From positions 11,092 through 75,091 of the forward strand of contig JAFUNJ010000002.1 of NCBI GenBank assembly GCA_017482355.1: a DNA stretch of 64,000 nt, in the 5' to 3' direction. The position numbers were made by a program, and so were the translations under genes. Numbering within the stretch: the stretch's first letter is position 1; each line of letters starts with the position of its first letter. Below are positions 53,870-62,798 of the stretch, one piece after another. The notes under the pieces are model-generated. The model did not search any database and was not told the DNA's origin. It saw only the letters and a program-made list of their open reading frames with translations. Origin of the DNA: Clostridia bacterium (GTDB lineage Bacteria > Bacillota > Clostridia > Oscillospirales > CAG-272).

Positions 53870-54730
53870 ATGCATTATTTCTCCTACAATGAGAACAAAC
53901 AGCACGGCACGCTTAATTTTCCCGTCGCTTATTACCTCGTCGATTCAAAGCAATCGCCATACGTTATGCCGCTTCATTGGCACAAGGAATGGGAACTTAT
54001 TTACGTTACGGGCGGAAGCGTTGATTACATAATAAACGGCGAGCATATTACCGCCAAAGCAGGCGACGTTATACTCATGGGCGGCGGCACGCTGCACAGT
54101 GCAAGCGCAGAGGCGTGCTCCTATCAATGCCTGAATTTCGGGCTTCACGAGCTTGTGCTAAACGTCCTTTCTGTGCGTGAGGCGTTTCGACTTTTCTACC
54201 GAAACGTATACATTCCACGCACCCTCTATACCTCGACCGACAGTGAGATATGCAGCATCGTTCGCGAGATATTCTCCGCCTTCGGACCCAACTGCTCCGA
54301 AAGCTTCTGCAGAATGTCGACGCTCGGCAATATAACGCGACTCTTCGCTCACATTCTTGAAAACAAATACTATACCGAAAATTCCGACAGCCCGTCGGGC
54401 ACGTTTGAGAAGATAAATATGCTTAAGCAAGTCCTCGAATATATCGAAACGCATTTTTCCGAGGAGATAAAGCTCTCGACGCTCGCAGAGATAGTCGGAA
54501 TGAATGAAAATTATTTCTGCCGTTTTTTCCATTCCCATACCCGTCAAACGCCGATAAACTACCTCTCTCTTTACCGCATCGAGCAGGCGGCAAATATGCT
54601 CTTCGGAAGTAATATGTCTGTTACCGAGATCGCCTTCCGTTGCGGCTTCAACGACGTCGGATATTTCATCAAATGCTTCAAGAAGATCAAGGGCTGTACA
54701 CCTAAGCAGTTCCGCCTTCGCGCAAGCTGA
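53870..54730 (+). CDS. AraC-family transcriptional regulator (cupin sensor plus HTH)
   Basis: N-terminal cupin (HWHKEWELIYV...GGGTLHS) and C-terminal double HTH (...YFCRFFHSHTRQTPINYL...EIAFRCGFNDVGYFIKCFKK). Confidence 0.9.
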   Translation: MHYFSYNENKQHGTLNFPVAYYLVDSKQSPYVMPLHWHKEWELIYVTGGSVDYIINGEHITAKAGDVILMGGGTLHSASAEACSYQCLNFGLHELVLNVLSVREAFRLFYRNVYIPRTLYTSTDSEICSIVREIFSAFGPNCSESFCRMSTLGNITRLFAHILENKYYTENSDSPSGTFEKINMLKQVLEYIETHFSEEIKLSTLAEIVGMNENYFCRFFHSHTRQTPINYLSLYRIEQAANMLFGSNMSVTEIAFRCGFNDVGYFIKCFKKIKGCTPKQFRLRAS

Positions 54731-54740
54731 TATTGTAAAG

Positions 54741-54905
54741 AAAAAAGCACACATTTTCCCCTCCCCAAACCCCTTTCGATTTAAAGAAGCTTTGTGACGT
54801 TTAATTGTAGGGACGGGCAACCTCGGGAACCCCCAAAGCTCATTGCATTCGCTTCGGGGAACCCCTACCTCGACCGTCCGTTACTCCCACGTCCATTATA
54901 TCCGC
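54741..54905. repeat. Modular hairpin-chain intergenic repeat, family 1
   Basis: Reverse-complement copy of aaatcgaaagggg...ggggaaaa (54751-54783), gtagggacgggcaacctcgggaaccccc, cggggaacccctacctcga (54855-54873) and cctcgaccgtccgttactcccac (54868-54890). Confidence 0.85.
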
Positions 54906-54987
54906 TATTAAAAAGTTAGATCGAGCCCCATGCACTCCCGCCGTTTTCACACTCATCTTATGTCATACGAAAACTTCCAATCTGCTC

Positions 54988-55016
54988 TTGACAAATTTGG
55001 ATTCAGATGATATAAT
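54988..55016 (+). promoter_or_regulatory. Sigma-A type promoter upstream of tRNA-Leu
   Basis: TTGACA, 17-nt spacer, TATAAT. A second TATAAT lies at about 55030. Confidence 0.6.
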
Positions 55017-55188
55017 ACATAGCGTTGTATAATCTTATACGCGGGTATGACGGAACGAGCCGTGAAACGGCGAAGCGAGAACACGAAGTGCTCTTGTGTA
55101 GAACGCTTGCGTTCTACTCCAGACACGCGCGCGGCTGCCAAATATGGGAGCTTCGTGGAAACCCGTAATAAAAATCATAATTAAATAC
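55017..55188 (+). other. About 170-nt structured leader between the promoter and tRNA-Leu (possible ncRNA)
   Basis: Contains a 19-nt near-copy of the tRNA 5' end (atacgcgggtatgacggaa at 55038-55056, against 55186-55204) and several hairpins (ccgt-gaaa-acgg, gtagaac-gcttgc-gttctac). No ORF. Confidence 0.35.
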
Positions 55189-55275
55189 GCGGGTATGGCG
55201 GAATTGGCAGACGCGCTAGATTCAGGTTCTAGTGGTAGCAATACTGTACAGGTTCAAGTCCTGCTACCCGCACCA
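55189..55275 (+). tRNA. tRNA-Leu (anticodon CAG), class II with a long variable arm, CCA encoded
   Basis: GCGGGTA acceptor pairs with TACCCGC. Anticodon stem CTAGA/TCTAG with loop TTCAGGT. T arm CAGGTTCAAGTCCTG. 87 nt ending in CCA. Confidence 0.95.
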
Positions 55276-55277
55276 TG

Positions 55278-55307
55278 AAAAAGGACTTCCTTTTGGAAGT
55301 CCTTTTT
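55278..55307 (+). terminator. Rho-independent terminator after tRNA-Leu
   Basis: ggacttcc-tttt-ggaagtcc followed by T5. Confidence 0.8.
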
Positions 55308-55490
55308 CAATGATATCCGTTCCCTGCGGTCACGGATGATATACTCTAACGGGTATAATATCTGCTCCGCAGATGATATGCGCTTCGCGCATGAGGGGAA
55401 CGGATATTATATCATGCTTGCTTAGCAAGCATATCATGCGGCGAAGCCGTATATCATATCGCCACAGGCGATAACAACATGACATCTCCA
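55308..55490. repeat. Mini-hairpin array with ATATCAT spacer word
   Basis: Hairpins at 55315-55337, 55360-55374, 55378-55392, 55414-55432, 55439-55449 and 55458-55472 (loops tcc, ttc, tta, gaa, aca). They are separated by atatcat (55409, 55431, 55451) or gatgatat (55335, 55372). Confidence 0.7.
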
Positions 55491-55494
55491 CAAA

Positions 55495-55526
55495 AATCGC
55501 TCGTATGAAACCATACGAGCGATTTT
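55495..55526 (-). terminator. Rho-independent terminator of the sugar-ABC locus
   Basis: atcgctcgtatg-aaac-catacgagcgat flanked by A and T runs. Confidence 0.75.
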
Positions 55527-55535
55527 GTTTTGCAA

Positions 55536-56573
55536 TTAGCCGACGATACCGGAGCGTTCGATTCCCTGAACGAGGTATTTTTGGCAGAAGAGGTAGATTA
55601 CTACGAGCGGAAGCATTATGAGGATCGCCTCAGTACTGTATACTGCCGCTGTAAACAGTGCCTCACCGGGATAACCCTTGACCTTCAGAATTCCGGGGAT
55701 ACCCTGGATTTCATTTAGTAGGAAGATACCCTTATTGTCGATCAGACCGAACAAGTCGACATAGAAGTTATCCGTCCACTGCCATGCAAACGAGAACAGG
55801 AACACCGTTATAAGCATCGGGATCGAGATCGGGATAATGATCTTGAAGAAGGTCTTGAACGGACCGTAGCCGTCTATGTACGCCGATTCTTCAAGCTCGT
55901 CGGGCACGCCCGAGAAGAACTGTCTCAACATGAATATGAAGAGTCCGTTCTTGAACGCCAGACCGGTTATTGACAGAATAACCATCGGCAAATAGGTGCC
56001 CAGCATATCTATCTGCTCGATTCCGAACATCTTCAGAATTCCAAATTCACCGATACCGATATCGAAGTTCTGGAATCGCATGTAGAACGAATGGCGGAGC
56101 GTCTGGTGCGGAATTACCATCGAGAAGACGACAAGCGCGAAGAGCAGCTTTCTGCCCTTGAACTTATACTTCGCAAAGCCGTAGCCGATTATTGCGCACA
56201 CAAACGTTTGCAGGATCGCACATACGAACGAAAGCGATGCCGTACCGAGAAGTCCGTCAAGGTAGCCCTGATTTTCGATTACCGCCTTATAGGTATCAAG
56301 AGTAGGTCTACGAGGAATGAGCTTGACAGTTACGTCGATGAAGTCATCGCGACCCATGAAGGACGATGCGATCTTAGTATAGAACGGGAAGAGAATTACG
56401 TAAGAAATTCCGAGAAGAAGGACGAATCTGAACAACCACGTCAAGCCCTTCGCGATCGAGGTTCCCGTAAGGAAACGGAGGCGGAAGCGCTTGAACCAAT
56501 TGGTTCTTTCGAAATCAACCTTTATCTTATTCTTCGATTCTCTTTTGATCTTCGGAGAGTTTACTTTATTCAT
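55536..56573 (-). CDS. Carbohydrate ABC transporter permease (MalG-like) with N-terminal extension
   Basis: EAA loop EESAYIDGYGPFKTFFKIIIPIS and six TM segments. Confidence 0.85.
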   Translation of the reverse strand: MNKVNSPKIKRESKNKIKVDFERTNWFKRFRLRFLTGTSIAKGLTWLFRFVLLLGISYVILFPFYTKIASSFMGRDDFIDVTVKLIPRRPTLDTYKAVIENQGYLDGLLGTASLSFVCAILQTFVCAIIGYGFAKYKFKGRKLLFALVVFSMVIPHQTLRHSFYMRFQNFDIGIGEFGILKMFGIEQIDMLGTYLPMVILSITGLAFKNGLFIFMLRQFFSGVPDELEESAYIDGYGPFKTFFKIIIPISIPMLITVFLFSFAWQWTDNFYVDLFGLIDNKGIFLLNEIQGIPGILKVKGYPGEALFTAAVYSTEAILIMLPLVVIYLFCQKYLVQGIERSGIVG

Positions 56574-56587
56574 ACTGTTTTCCCTCC

Positions 56588-57565
56588 TTAATCACGTCTC
56601 TGATAGAAGACATACGCCGAAAGGACAGCTGCTACCAGAGCAATTATTCCAATAACTATCGCGAAATAGATCCATGACATCGCGGTAGAGATCTCGGGTC
56701 CTCCGCCGCCCATAACGTCACCGTACTTCGAGGAGATAAACGTCATTATCTGGCTGTCGCTCGACGTAAAGGAGTCAATGACCGTATATATCGCGTTTAC
56801 GAGAATCATCGGGCTTATCATCGGGAAGGTTATCTTCCAGAAGGTCTCCCATCCCGTCGCGCCGTCTATCGAGCAAGACTCATAGATAGCGGGGGAAATG
56901 GACTGAAGGCCTGCAAGGAAGATAAGCATCTGAACACCCGAACGGTTGATGATGTTATAGATATCGTTTACGATACCCGTAACGTATTCAAGTAGACCGC
57001 TTCCGACCTGCATGTTCTGGAACAGCCACCTGAAGTCGGTCGCCGCCACGATGCCTTCGGCTCCGCTTGCGCCTTGACCTGATCCGTCGTCTACGGCACC
57101 GGTCTGACCCATGTAGCTCTCGCCTGCCATTGCCGAATGAGATATCTCACTTATAAGTCCCGTCGAAAGAATAACGGGTATGAAGAATATCGCACGGAAC
57201 GCCGCACGTCCGAAGATCTTTTTATTCAGAAGCACCGCTACGAAGAGCGAGAATATTACTATCGCGGGGATATCGAACACGAGGTCCTTTATACCCGAAA
57301 CAAGCACCTTTGTGAATTCCGGATCCTGGAGTGCCTTCTGATAGTTTCCGAAGCCAACAGGATTCAGCTCGTATGCGCCGCCCTTAAGAGGTATTATCTT
57401 ATTAAAGCTGTAATTGAGCGAGTCAAATACTATCGGAAGATATATGAGAATAAGTCCGATAATAAAGGGAAGAACGAACAGCCAGCCGGCTCTTGCCTTT
57501 TTTCTGTCCAAAGAAATCGCCTTTCTGCGTCTTCTATGAACCTTTCTTCTTTTTACTTCCGTCAT
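56588..57565 (-). CDS. Sugar ABC transporter permease (MalF-like)
   Basis: EAA loop YESCSIDGATGWETFWKITFPMI. Confidence 0.85.
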   Translation of the reverse strand: MTEVKRRKVHRRRRKAISLDRKKARAGWLFVLPFIIGLILIYLPIVFDSLNYSFNKIIPLKGGAYELNPVGFGNYQKALQDPEFTKVLVSGIKDLVFDIPAIVIFSLFVAVLLNKKIFGRAAFRAIFFIPVILSTGLISEISHSAMAGESYMGQTGAVDDGSGQGASGAEGIVAATDFRWLFQNMQVGSGLLEYVTGIVNDIYNIINRSGVQMLIFLAGLQSISPAIYESCSIDGATGWETFWKITFPMISPMILVNAIYTVIDSFTSSDSQIMTFISSKYGDVMGGGGPEISTAMSWIYFAIVIGIIALVAAVLSAYVFYQRRD

Positions 57566-60500
57566 GCTGCCGCCTCCTCTCCGCTGTTAATTACTATTTC
57601 GCCGTCTGCGTTAAGCACAACGTATCCGAGCTGCTCGATAACTGTATCGCCGAGCTCTTCAACGGTAACGTCGTAATAGTTATAGTTGAGAATGAAGCTA
57701 TAGCCGTTCTCAAACGTCATCTTGACTATCATTCCGTTATCAACAAGATACTTGGAAACGGTTGACGGCGAGGTGTTGAGCTCGGGAGCTTCCGTTTCGG
57801 TATCATTCTTAATGTAGTTATTTCCGAGATGGTCCTTAAGCTGCTCTTCTCTTTCAGATGCCTCTTTGTCTGCCAAATCCTTATCTGCCTGCTCTTTGTC
57901 TGCCTGCTCCTTTTCGAGCTTATCAGCATCGAGCTCCTCGGCAGTCGGTACTCTCATACCGGTAAGGAAGCCATGGTAAACGATAGTGGACGTTTTAACG
58001 GGAGAAAGCGCTGCATTGAGATCCTTATACGTCTCAACAAGGTCTTCCTTCCAGTTCTGATAAGAGATCGCAAAATACTTGGAAAGCTCCTTATCCTGCT
58101 TCAGCTTTTCAGAGTTACGGTAAACGAGAATGAAGTAGGGGTTTGCACCGTTTTCAAGGATCTTGAGCATTTCATAACGCACGTCGCCTGCCATATTGGT
58201 AGCCGAGCCGGCGTAATTCAGATAGCCGTGATATACGAGTGCAAAGAAGGGGATCGCCTCAGATGCCTGCGCACGGCGCGAGGATACGAGCGGAATATTG
58301 AGAATATGCTTTGCATATCCGACCGCGTAAGCGTTTCCTCCGTCTACCATCAGATCGTAGCCCGCATTACGCACCTTATTCAGGGTATTGATCACCTGCT
58401 GCTTCGAGTCCTCACGGTTATAAGGATCATCCTCATCAAAGTCAGAGGAAAGATCGGATCCGAGAGAGCCGAGAGCGAGACCCTCGAGGTTGAGCTTCTT
58501 AGCATCCTTATTAAGCTTGCCGAAGATGCTCTCGAACGAGGAGGGAGCGATAACAAGAAGACCTGTACTCGTGAACTTTTGGAGAACCGCGTCATACGCC
58601 TGCTTCTGTACGAATCGGCCGTCTATTGCGCGGAGAGCTTCATCCTCACGGCTGAAGCCGTCAAACATAGCATCCTTATAGGTATACGAGAAATCTGCAT
58701 TGAGGTAGATCTCAAAGTTCTTTTGATTCGCATACTTCTGGAGGTTCTTTAAGCCCTTATTGCCGCCGACTACCTTTTCAACGTCGATCTGATTTGCTAC
58801 CGTATTCTTCAGACCGCCGTTCATAAAGCCGGTGAGCTTGAATACGAGGTTATTTATTCCCTCGTCGCCGAGCTCCTTGTGTATCGTCTTAACGTCATCA
58901 AAGGTAGTAAGTGCCTTTTTAACGGTTACGGGGATCGAAAGGACTTTTTCCTGAACGTCCATAGCGCCGAGAGATTCGATATAAAGCGGAATGTCGCCTG
59001 CTTCGACCTTTTCGTCAACAAGCGCTCCCGTCGAGATGAGTCGCTGACGGTATGCAAGTGCCATGCCGAGATAGCTTGTGTCATAGCAACCGGTCGTATC
59101 AATTCCGTTCTGTGCGCAATACTCAAGGTCGGTAAGCATTATATAACGGATAGTAAAGTTACCCGTATATCTGCGGTCAAGAGTTTGGGTTATACCTCCG
59201 TCTCCGCCGACCGATACTATCGAGCTAAGCGAGAAGGAGTCCGACGGGCTTGAGTCAAACTCTATCGAGGCAGCGTAATAGTGATGTCCCTTTTCACCGT
59301 GAGTTGCACGGAGAGTTGCGAGAGCTTCGCCCTCTTCTATGATAGCGAAGTATCCGCTCTTACGGATAGAGGTAGAGCTTTCGCCGCTTGCCTCGTCGGT
59401 TACCGTGTACTGCGTGTCTTCAACGACACCGAATACCGGCATGCGCATCGGCATAGCGTTCTTTATCATCTTCGCTTCATTTCTGTACACGTGGTCCTGA
59501 CCGTAGGCAGACGCATACAAGGTGAAGGACTGTCCGTTCGCCTTTACGTCCTCAAAGCGGGTAAGAGTACCCGAGCCGTCGGGGAACATCGTATATCCCG
59601 TATAGTTCGAATTAGCTGCGCCCATATAAGGGAGGCAGATGATCTTATTAAGTCGGTAAGTACTCTGGTCGAAACGGATACCGTTTGCGGGAATTCTTAC
59701 GCGAAGACCGGTCTCCTCGATATAGTACTCGAGAGCAACTCTGAACTGAACGGGGTTTTCTCTCTTTTCCTCGTACTTACAAAGCTCGTGGTCGTACTCT
59801 CTTTCTTCATACGTGTAGTTAGGGCAGTAAAGCTTGATAATATACTCGATCTCGTTCTTGAGCTTCATGCTCGCCTTCGAATCGAACACGTAAAGTGCCT
59901 TAACGTCGGGGCTGCTCTTACCGACATCGGTAGTCTTGTCAAGAACCGGATACTGTATAAGCATTGAATTAATAACAGATTCAGGAGTACCCTCAGCAGT
60001 CGGATCCTTAAGAAGGTATGATGCCTTGATTCTTCTGTAATGCGCATACGCCTGCTTTTCTTCATAGGTAGCGGTCTGCGCATTATAGGTCTCTTCATCA
60101 TACGGGATCATTGCGAGTATTTCGTTTTCGAAACGCTCCTTTTCGATCTGATCCGGGAAGAGATAACGAGATTCCTGCTTACCGATTACGTACTCAACAC
60201 GGGCGCCGTTTTTGATCGGCTTTACCTTTATCTGGTTGAGCTCGGCAGCATACTCAAAGCTATAAAGATCCTTAGCTTTGATAGTTCCGTCTACGCTTTC
60301 GAAATTTACCGCAACCTGCGAAAGCAGCTTTTTCTTTATAGAATCGTCTGCCTTGAAATTTCCAACGTCGTAGGGGTTTGTAGTAAGTATATCGCCTGTT
60401 TTTTTGTTAACGATCGCGACCTCACCGGTGAGCGGTTCGACACGGAGCTCATAATCGTAGCGCGATGCCATAACCTCCATCGAAGCAACCTTTTCTTCCT

Positions 60501-60669
60501 TCGAAGAGTATCCGTATGTGAAGAAATCGGTTGCGTTTATCGGTCCCTGCGGAGTTTCGGTTTCCTCGGCAGCGAATACGGGAAGCGCCGAGATAACGGA
60601 AAGCGTACCAAGCAACATGCAGAAGGCCATAACAGCCGATAAAAATTTCTTATAAGTTTTCATTTTCAT
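57562..60669 (-). CDS. Large secreted protein of unknown function (possibly DUF5696-type)
   Basis: 1035 aa. Signal peptide ...LSVISALPVFAAEE. No TM anchor. Acidic repeat DKLEKEQADKEQADKDLADKE near the C-terminus. 4-nt overlap with the downstream permease gene. Confidence 0.5.
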   Translation of the reverse strand: MKMKTYKKFLSAVMAFCMLLGTLSVISALPVFAAEETETPQGPINATDFFTYGYSSKEEKVASMEVMASRYDYELRVEPLTGEVAIVNKKTGDILTTNPYDVGNFKADDSIKKKLLSQVAVNFESVDGTIKAKDLYSFEYAAELNQIKVKPIKNGARVEYVIGKQESRYLFPDQIEKERFENEILAMIPYDEETYNAQTATYEEKQAYAHYRRIKASYLLKDPTAEGTPESVINSMLIQYPVLDKTTDVGKSSPDVKALYVFDSKASMKLKNEIEYIIKLYCPNYTYEEREYDHELCKYEEKRENPVQFRVALEYYIEETGLRVRIPANGIRFDQSTYRLNKIICLPYMGAANSNYTGYTMFPDGSGTLTRFEDVKANGQSFTLYASAYGQDHVYRNEAKMIKNAMPMRMPVFGVVEDTQYTVTDEASGESSTSIRKSGYFAIIEEGEALATLRATHGEKGHHYYAASIEFDSSPSDSFSLSSIVSVGGDGGITQTLDRRYTGNFTIRYIMLTDLEYCAQNGIDTTGCYDTSYLGMALAYRQRLISTGALVDEKVEAGDIPLYIESLGAMDVQEKVLSIPVTVKKALTTFDDVKTIHKELGDEGINNLVFKLTGFMNGGLKNTVANQIDVEKVVGGNKGLKNLQKYANQKNFEIYLNADFSYTYKDAMFDGFSREDEALRAIDGRFVQKQAYDAVLQKFTSTGLLVIAPSSFESIFGKLNKDAKKLNLEGLALGSLGSDLSSDFDEDDPYNREDSKQQVINTLNKVRNAGYDLMVDGGNAYAVGYAKHILNIPLVSSRRAQASEAIPFFALVYHGYLNYAGSATNMAGDVRYEMLKILENGANPYFILVYRNSEKLKQDKELSKYFAISYQNWKEDLVETYKDLNAALSPVKTSTIVYHGFLTGMRVPTAEELDADKLEKEQADKEQADKDLADKEASEREEQLKDHLGNNYIKNDTETEAPELNTSPSTVSKYLVDNGMIVKMTFENGYSFILNYNYYDVTVEELGDTVIEQLGYVVLNADGEIVINSGEEAAA

Positions 60670-60687
60670 CTTCTCCTTCTTTAGTAG

Positions 60688-62787
60688 TTACCGATACGAC
60701 AACTCGACCACGATACCCGTAATGAAGTTAACCATCTTCATAACCAGCGTCGAGAAGAGCAGTACGCAGAATATAATCACCGCCATAGCGATTATCGTTC
60801 CGATACAGGTCAGGACGTTTTTACCGATAGAATAGTCGTGGGTGACCATCGTTCCGAAGAACAGGAGCAGTCCTACCCATACCCATGCTACCGAGACGAG
60901 CATTTCGTAGATCGTTGCCTCACTGAGCGTGAGAATGTTTGTTATTGCCGTTGCGGGAATGACGAGCAGCACGAGAGGTACTGCACAGTAACAAGTTGCA
61001 ATGAAGATATCCTTCATGCTTCCTTCGCCCTCAAAGAGCGTTGTCAGGCACCAGTTTCCGATTACCCACAGTGCGACAGGCACCAGGAGCGAAAGGAGTG
61101 AGCCGAACATTGACGTGTAAGAGGCACGCGGATTAAATACGTACGCTCTTCCGACCGACTGGTAACAGATTGCGATGAGCGCAAGAACGAGCCAGAAGAT
61201 CGCTCCTCTTACAGATCCGCGCTTTTCGTGCTTGAGGTCCCAGAATCCGTCGAACGGATGGAATATAACGTGGAATGCGTACAGCACCTCTTCCTTGAAG
61301 GTCTTTTTGCCCTTCTTGAGCGCTGTTCTCTTGTTTACCTTGCCTGCGTATCCGAAGAACTTAATGACTACAAAGAGGAATACTACGATAACGATTGGGA
61401 TAACGATAAAATATTTATCTGCCCAGCTCTGTCGCATTTCCTTCAGTGCCTTCGAGTAGTTTTCGGTCTCGTATGCACTTGCAAACATCTTCATCGCTTC
61501 TTCGTACTTACCCTGACGGTAAAGTGCTTTACCGATACCGATGTAAGCTGCGTCGAAGTTACTGTTTCGCTTAAGGATATCCTGATAGTCGGTAACTGCC
61601 TCGCCGTGCTTACGGTCGATCTCGTTCTGAAGAGCTCTGATAAGAACGTCACCGTACTCTGTACGGGTATAAAGTGTGATAGTCTGACGGAGTCCGTCGA
61701 ACGCGAGGAAGTTTGAATCCTGGTAAGCAATAGCAACCGACATCTCGCTCAGGTTACCGAGAAGGTCTCCGCGGTCACCGAACACGAAGAGCAGGTTACC
61801 GTACTGGTCGTAGGTAAATATCTTCGAACGGTCTGCGTCGATTATCGACCATGAGCCGGACGGTCCGAGAGCTACGTCGATGATCCTGGAGGGATTGGTT
61901 GAAAGTCCGCCGCCATCAATCTTGACTTCACCGCCGGGTCCGAAGAAGCCGTTACGTCCGAGGATATCCTTACCTGCGGCGTTAAACTTCTTGATAGCAG
62001 AGTAGTCGCCGGACTTATCGGTAATGGCTTCCTGCTTAACGTTTGCACTTGCCGTACAGTAGATGAAGCCCTCGTCGTCTATCGTTATGTTGTTATACGA
62101 GGTAGGAAGGTTCTTTTTGCCCGAGTCGTCATTGAAAAGCTTCTTGAACATTTCATCCCAGGCACTGTAGGAAACCTTCTGAGCACCGATGTATCCCTGG
62201 AACTCACCGTCTGCATTCAGGGAGAGAACACCCTGATATATATCGGGAGAGATAACGTAGATACGTCCCGACGCGTCGACAGCGATCGCTGTCGGGCGGT
62301 ACTGAGTATTGTCCTCGAAGATATCCGATTTCGGCTCTTCAAGGTGTCTTACGTAGTTACCGTCGAGGTCGAAGATAACTATACGTCTGTTTTCGGTATC
62401 CGCAACGTAGATACTGTCCTCCGTTACGAAGCAACCGTTGGGGCTATTGAAGGAATCCTCAATACCGTTGCTGTTGATAAAGGTATCAATAGTGAAGCGG
62501 TATCTGAGATTTCGGTCGAGAACGACAATTGCATTCGCGTCCTTATCTGCAAGGTATACGTTGCCCTTTTCGTCAACGACCATGTCGGAAACCTTCTGAA
62601 GCGGTACGGGAAGTCCCATTTTGACCGAGTCGAAAATTTCTCTCGGCGTATACGCGTGAGGAGAAAGAAGCTGCTCACCGTCTATACTGTAGGTATAGGT
62701 CTGATACGGTTCCGCCGAGATCACCATCGGCAGAAGCGTCATGACTGCGATGAGGACCGCAATAAATTTAATAAGTTTGTTTTTCAT
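60688..62787 (-). CDS. NHL-repeat / TPR / Yip1-like multi-pass membrane protein
   Basis: Signal peptide. NHL-like blades (GNVYLADKDANAIVVLD, DSIYVADTENRRIVIFDLDG, GRIYVISPD). TPR-like YRQGKYEEAMKMFASAY. Six C-terminal hydrophobic helices. Confidence 0.6.
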   Translation of the reverse strand: MKNKLIKFIAVLIAVMTLLPMVISAEPYQTYTYSIDGEQLLSPHAYTPREIFDSVKMGLPVPLQKVSDMVVDEKGNVYLADKDANAIVVLDRNLRYRFTIDTFINSNGIEDSFNSPNGCFVTEDSIYVADTENRRIVIFDLDGNYVRHLEEPKSDIFEDNTQYRPTAIAVDASGRIYVISPDIYQGVLSLNADGEFQGYIGAQKVSYSAWDEMFKKLFNDDSGKKNLPTSYNNITIDDEGFIYCTASANVKQEAITDKSGDYSAIKKFNAAGKDILGRNGFFGPGGEVKIDGGGLSTNPSRIIDVALGPSGSWSIIDADRSKIFTYDQYGNLLFVFGDRGDLLGNLSEMSVAIAYQDSNFLAFDGLRQTITLYTRTEYGDVLIRALQNEIDRKHGEAVTDYQDILKRNSNFDAAYIGIGKALYRQGKYEEAMKMFASAYETENYSKALKEMRQSWADKYFIVIPIVIVVFLFVVIKFFGYAGKVNKRTALKKGKKTFKEEVLYAFHVIFHPFDGFWDLKHEKRGSVRGAIFWLVLALIAICYQSVGRAYVFNPRASYTSMFGSLLSLLVPVALWVIGNWCLTTLFEGEGSMKDIFIATCYCAVPLVLLVIPATAITNILTLSEATIYEMLVSVAWVWVGLLLFFGTMVTHDYSIGKNVLTCIGTIIAMAVIIFCVLLFSTLVMKMVNFITGIVVELSYR

Positions 62788-62798
62788 TGCGCCCTCCT

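Noticed and set aside
54950-55530. Genomic island integration at tRNA-Leu.
   Set aside because: The duplicated fragment is the tRNA 5' end, not the 3' end used by tyrosine integrases. No integrase or mobility gene flanks it, and the downstream sugar locus has ordinary composition. The observation is retained as a leader/ncRNA finding instead.
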